NCBI GenBank assembly: GCA_950097015.1
Contig: CATNEN010000010.1
Location: 1,116,001 to 1,180,000, forward strand
Length of the DNA: 64,000 nt
Source: Macrostomum hystrix
Lineage: Eukaryota > Animalia > Platyhelminthes
Direction: 5' to 3'
The notes under the pieces were generated by a model. The model was not told the DNA's origin. It saw nothing but the letters and a program-made list of their open reading frames with translations, and ran no database searches. Position numbers and translations under genes: made by a program. Each line of letters begins with the position of its first letter. The stretch's first letter is position 1. Of the stretch, positions 59,899 to 64,000 are shown piece after piece.

Positions 59899-62800
59899 TC
59901 ACACATACCACTCTTTAATGTCTCTCTTCTTTGACGCAATCTTAGTCCGCACGTCACCATTAGCCTGGTGCGGTCCGCCACGTAGCGGCTTCAACGCGGG
60001 ATCCTCGGCGAAGTTCTGCGTCTCGTCCACCCGGTAGGAGCCCTCGTTCTTGCTGCGGCACCGGTAGATCAGGCAGAAGAAGACCAGCAGCAGCACGGCG
60101 CCGGCCGCCGCCACAATCACTATGATGAAGATGTCGATCTTGGCCGATTGCGGCTGCTTGCCAATGCCGTCCTTGGAACTGGCGCCGCTACCGCCTTCGG
60201 AGGCGGTGCCGCTGTTCGATGGCGGTTGAGTTGATTGTGGACTCTCGGGGTCTCTGAAGCAAAGCCGTGGAGCGACTTGTAGCAAAGTAAAGATAAACTT
60301 GTATTTGAGTAAAAATGATCATCAGAAATGTCGTAGCCAATCAGAGACTAGCTTGGGGTAGGCTGGCCGGCGAGGTAAGAGAGATTTGGAGGAATGTGTT
60401 CAACAAAGATTCGCCACTCCTTATTATCAGACCCGCAGCCAATGAGAGATAAGCATGGGGTAGGCCGACAGGCTTAGGGATGTACATTAATATTGAATTC
60501 CCCAAACAATAACGAATGAGTAGGAAGAAATCTGATTAACAAACTAAACCTGTCGGAGTTGTCAGTCCTGTAGTTGGAGACGATGATTCCTCGGCCTCCG
60601 CTGCCGCTGCTGCCACAGTCGGCACCCGGCGAGCATTGAACGGCCGGCCCAATGATGCCTGTGGTGTCGGGCTGGCGATGGAAGAAGCGAAAAAATATGA
60701 GCCTCGTGTGAAAGAGTTGTTGAAGTTGTTCAAATTTGTTCATTCTATGGACTGGGCGGCCAGAATTTTCGAATCGCTACCCCGGCTAGATGATCCTGGT
60801 ATATTTTCTACAGCTGGGTAAACTGAATTCCGTACCTCTAAACCCTGGGCATTAACTTCATTTCAACATCGCTAAAAGTACATCTCAGGCCCACCTCAGC
60901 CGGGCTGGTGGCCGGCAGCAGCCGTGGGTCTCTGTAGTAGGCCGGCCGATCGTCCGGGGGGAAGCCGGCCAGGTTGGGGCGGAACTCGCCGCCGACCAGA
61001 CGGACGCCGCCATGCAGGCTGGCGCGCAGCCGCACCAGATCAGCGGCAGCCTCGTCGCCAGCGGCGATGCGGCTCAGCGACAGGCCGTTCACCACCAGGC
61101 CCACCAGGTGACCCTCGAAGTGCGGCCAGTTTTCCAGGCTGCGGCGCCTACGCCGACTCAGCCGACGAAGTCGTCGTTTTCCATTTACGCCGCCGCCACC
61201 GACGCCTCCGAGCACGTCCCCGCCGAGTCCGCCGGTGAGCATGGCCCGGGCCGAGCTGTCCTTCGTCGGGTCGACGTCGCCGACTTGAATGTACTTTTGC
61301 TTGTTGAACTGGGTGCCCGCGTCCATGCCTGGCGAAGTAGAGGATTTGCTCTTGAGCTGAAATCAAATGCTAATTTAGGGATGAAAAGAAATGCGGAAGC
61401 CGCATCCCACCTGGCTGCAGGATGACGGGCAACTCGTCGTCCAGGAACAGGCTGCCGCTGGCCTCCTCGCGCAGGAAGCGCAGCCGATGATACCGACCGT
61501 CAGCCACGTCAACCCTGGAGGCGCTGGTTAGCTGCAGCCGGCGGGCCTTGACGTTGTACTGAACCACCACGCGGCCGGACCACTGGGGGCATGAAGGGTG
61601 TGAATATTAGCGGGTCACTGAATGACTGGAGAGAGAGTGCCAGTCACCATCGATGAGTTAACAGTTGCCATGCCAACTGACGCATCCCAGATTGCACTCA
61701 CAATGCCAATCAGTATGAAGTCGGAAGTCGGATTGCTGGCCGTGAGAAAGACCAGCACTCCGCTGCTCTTGCGCGTCTGAAATCCCAGAGTGATCTCGTC
61801 CCGGCGCGTGTTGGGCAGGCTGTTGTTGTCCACGAACTCGAAGGACATGCGTCCGGCCTTGCTGTTCACGCCAAACTCAAATGTGGAGTTGCCAACTGCG
61901 GGTGAATAGATTGTTCGAGCTCGTGCTGGCAACCCTTCCTCACCTGGCAACCCTTCCTCACCTGGCAACCCTTCCTCACCTGGCAACCCTTCCCCACCTG
62001 GCAACCCTTCCTCACCTGGCAACCCTTCCTCATCTGGCAACCCTTCCTCACCTGGCAACCCTTCCTCACCTGGCAACACTTCCTCACCTGGCAACCCTTC
62101 CTCACCTGGCAACCCTTCCTCACCTGGCAACCCTTCCTCACCTGGCAACCCTTACTCACCTGGCAACCCTTCCTCACCTGGCAACCCTTCCTCACCTGGC
62201 AACCCTTCCTCACCTGGCAACCCTTCCTCACCTGGCAACCCTTCCTCACCTGGCAACCCTTCCTCACCTGGCAACCCTTCCTCACCTGGCAACACTTCCT
62301 CACCTGGCAACCCTTCCTCACCTGGCAACCCTTCCTCACCTGGCAACCCTTCCTCACCTGGCAACCCTTACTCACCTGGCAACCCTTCCTCACCTGGCAA
62401 CCCTTCCTCACCTGGCAACCCTTCCTCACCTGGCAACCCTTCCTCACCTGGCAACCCTTCCTCACCTGGCAACCCTTACTCACCTGGCAACCCTTCCTCA
62501 CCTGGCAACCCTTCCTCACCTGGCAACCCTTCCTCACCTGGCAACCCTTCCTCACCTGGCAACCCTTCCTCACCTGGCAACCCTTCCTCACCTGGCAACC
62601 CTTCCTCACCTGGCAACCCTTCCTCACCTGGCAACCCTTGCTCTGGACAGCTTTCTACGCCTTAGCAACCCTCTTAGCAGCGCTGCAGCTCGAATTCACC
62701 CACCTCTGTTGCACCAGTCTCCTGTGAAGGTGGTGGCCTCGCAGTTGCAGACGAGGCGGTCCCACTGCTGCAAGCAGACGCCGCCGTAGTGGCAGACGCC

Positions 62801-64000
62801 CTGCCAGCATTCGACTTGCGGCCTCTCGCACCCTGGCGTCAGGTCGCGCTCAAACTGCGGCCGGTTGATGCGAAGCTCCAGCACGTCGGCGGGAGGGCCT
62901 TCGTCGGACTCGTCGTAGAGTCGAACCGAGCCAAGGCAGCCCTGCAAGGGGGTGGGTTTAATATCGGCTTGTAGGTAACCACATGGTTGTAGGGTTCATC
63001 CTTCACAGGGTTGCAGGGTTCTTCGTTCGCAGGGTTGTAGGGTTCTGAGTTTGCAGGGTTGAAGGGTTCTTCGTGTGCAGGGTTGTAGGGTTCTGAGTTC
63101 GCACGGTTGTAGGGCTCAGAGTTTGCAGGGTTGCAGGGTTGAAAGTTGCACAGTATTTGTGGCTATTTATCGCTGAATATTATTGTATGCCATTTACTTT
63201 TAGAAGGCTTTCAGTTTCAATGCCCTTTGTTGCTATTCAAAGACTTCTCGGCTCACCTGAAACCCGGCTGCAGACAGGACGTCACCCTTGTGGCCCTGCA
63301 GCACCTGCGGCGGTGCGCCGCCCAGCCGGAGGTTGTTGCTGTGCACATTCACGTTGAGCCCGGCGCTGCCGGCCCTCGGCGGGGCCCGAATGACAGCGGC
63401 CGGACCGGCCGGCTGGCCGTCCACGCGGAACATCAGCCGGTCCGTGGCCAGGCGGCGAATCTCCACTCTGTGCCAGGCGCCGTCGTTCAGCCGCGAAGTC
63501 GGGTTGCCGATGCGCCGCTCCAGCCTGCCGGAGCCGGCGTCCAGGGCCAGGCGGAGCTCGCCTGCCACCAGCTCCAGGAGGAAGAAGTCGGAGGAGTGCG
63601 AGCCGCCGGAGTTGTACAGCAGGAGGCCGTGCGCCTGGGGGGAATATATTTCTGTGGTTTAGGAGCTTTAGGGTTTCAGAGTTCGGGGATTTCAGGATTT
63701 CAGGATTCGGGGATTTGGGTTTCGAGTTTCGGGATTCGGGGATAGACGGTTTCAGGATTTCAGGGATAGACGGTCTCAGGATTTCAGGGATAGACGGTTT
63801 CAGAATTTCAGGGATAGGCGGTCTCAGGATTCAGGATTTGGGATTCTGGGACAGACGGTCTCAGGACATGGAGATGATGGAGATCTTGTTTTCGGGCAGC
63901 ATCATGCCTGTCTCAGCCCACCTGTCCTGTGCGGAAGTGCAGCTGCAGGCTGAAGTTGGTGTACAGCCGCAGCGGCGGCATCTCAGCGTAGGCCGTGGGG
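59899..64000 (-). CDS. NRXN: Alpha-neurexin, 3' part (LNS5, EGF3, LNS6, stalk, TM, PDZ-binding tail); 5' end off the window
   Basis: Exons >64000-63922, 63634-63257, 62941-62704, 61895-61702, 61582-61411, 61328-60895, 60671-60550 and 60253-59899 are phase-consistent. Motifs: LNDGAWHRV (LNS), [29 protein letters not shown] (neurexin EGF3), a TM segment, [15 protein letters not shown] (band 4.1-binding) and C-terminal KEWYV*. Confidence 0.93.
61925..62640. repeat. 18-bp minisatellite (ctggcaacccttcctcac), about 39 copies, in a neurexin intron
   Basis: Directly visible. Explains the GEEGLP, RKGCQV and LATLPH ORFs. Confidence 0.94.
62985..63140. repeat. Degenerate gggttg(t/c)agggttct repeat in a neurexin intron
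   Basis: Imperfect units are visible. Confidence 0.65.
63670..63870. repeat. Degenerate ggatttcagggatagacggt repeat in a neurexin intron
   Basis: Imperfect units are visible. Confidence 0.65.

Noticed and set aside
61615-62364. Collagen-like (GEEGLP)n ORFs partly in frame with a neurexin exon
   Set aside because: They are produced by the 18-bp intronic repeat and interrupted by TAA variants. The 808-nt intron is not a multiple of 3, and the flanking exons splice in frame without it.

Overview
Eukaryotic (animal) genomic DNA. GC-rich exons are separated by AT-rich introns and spacers, many of which contain their own tandem minisatellite. The style suggests a flatworm such as Macrostomum; this is an inference, not a database result. 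Exon chains were reconstructed by hand with splice-phase checks. Genes found: PGLS (-, 3' end off window), ATPIF1 (-), GFER/ERV1 (-), MAPK15/ERK7-8 (+), an intronless 129-aa single-pass membrane ORF (+), a GCK-I MAP4K with CNH domain (-), an uncharacterised 507-aa four-repeat protein starting MGNELS (-), a class I PITP (+) and the 3' part of an alpha-neurexin (-). Mobile DNA: a near-intact piggyBac in PITP intron 1, a hAT MITE with an 8-bp TSD, a decayed hAT transposase, a tRNA-derived SINE, and a CCA-ending tRNA-Leu 3' half next to an LTR-like segment. The main finding is that GFER and PGLS have no usable genomic start codon. Their first coding exons begin in phase 0 right after a 3' splice site, with an in-frame stop just upstream, and they flank ATPIF1 in a tight same-strand cluster. 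This fits a trans-spliced operon in which the spliced leader's terminal AUG supplies the initiator Met. Most long ORFs in the supplied track are artefacts of minisatellites.
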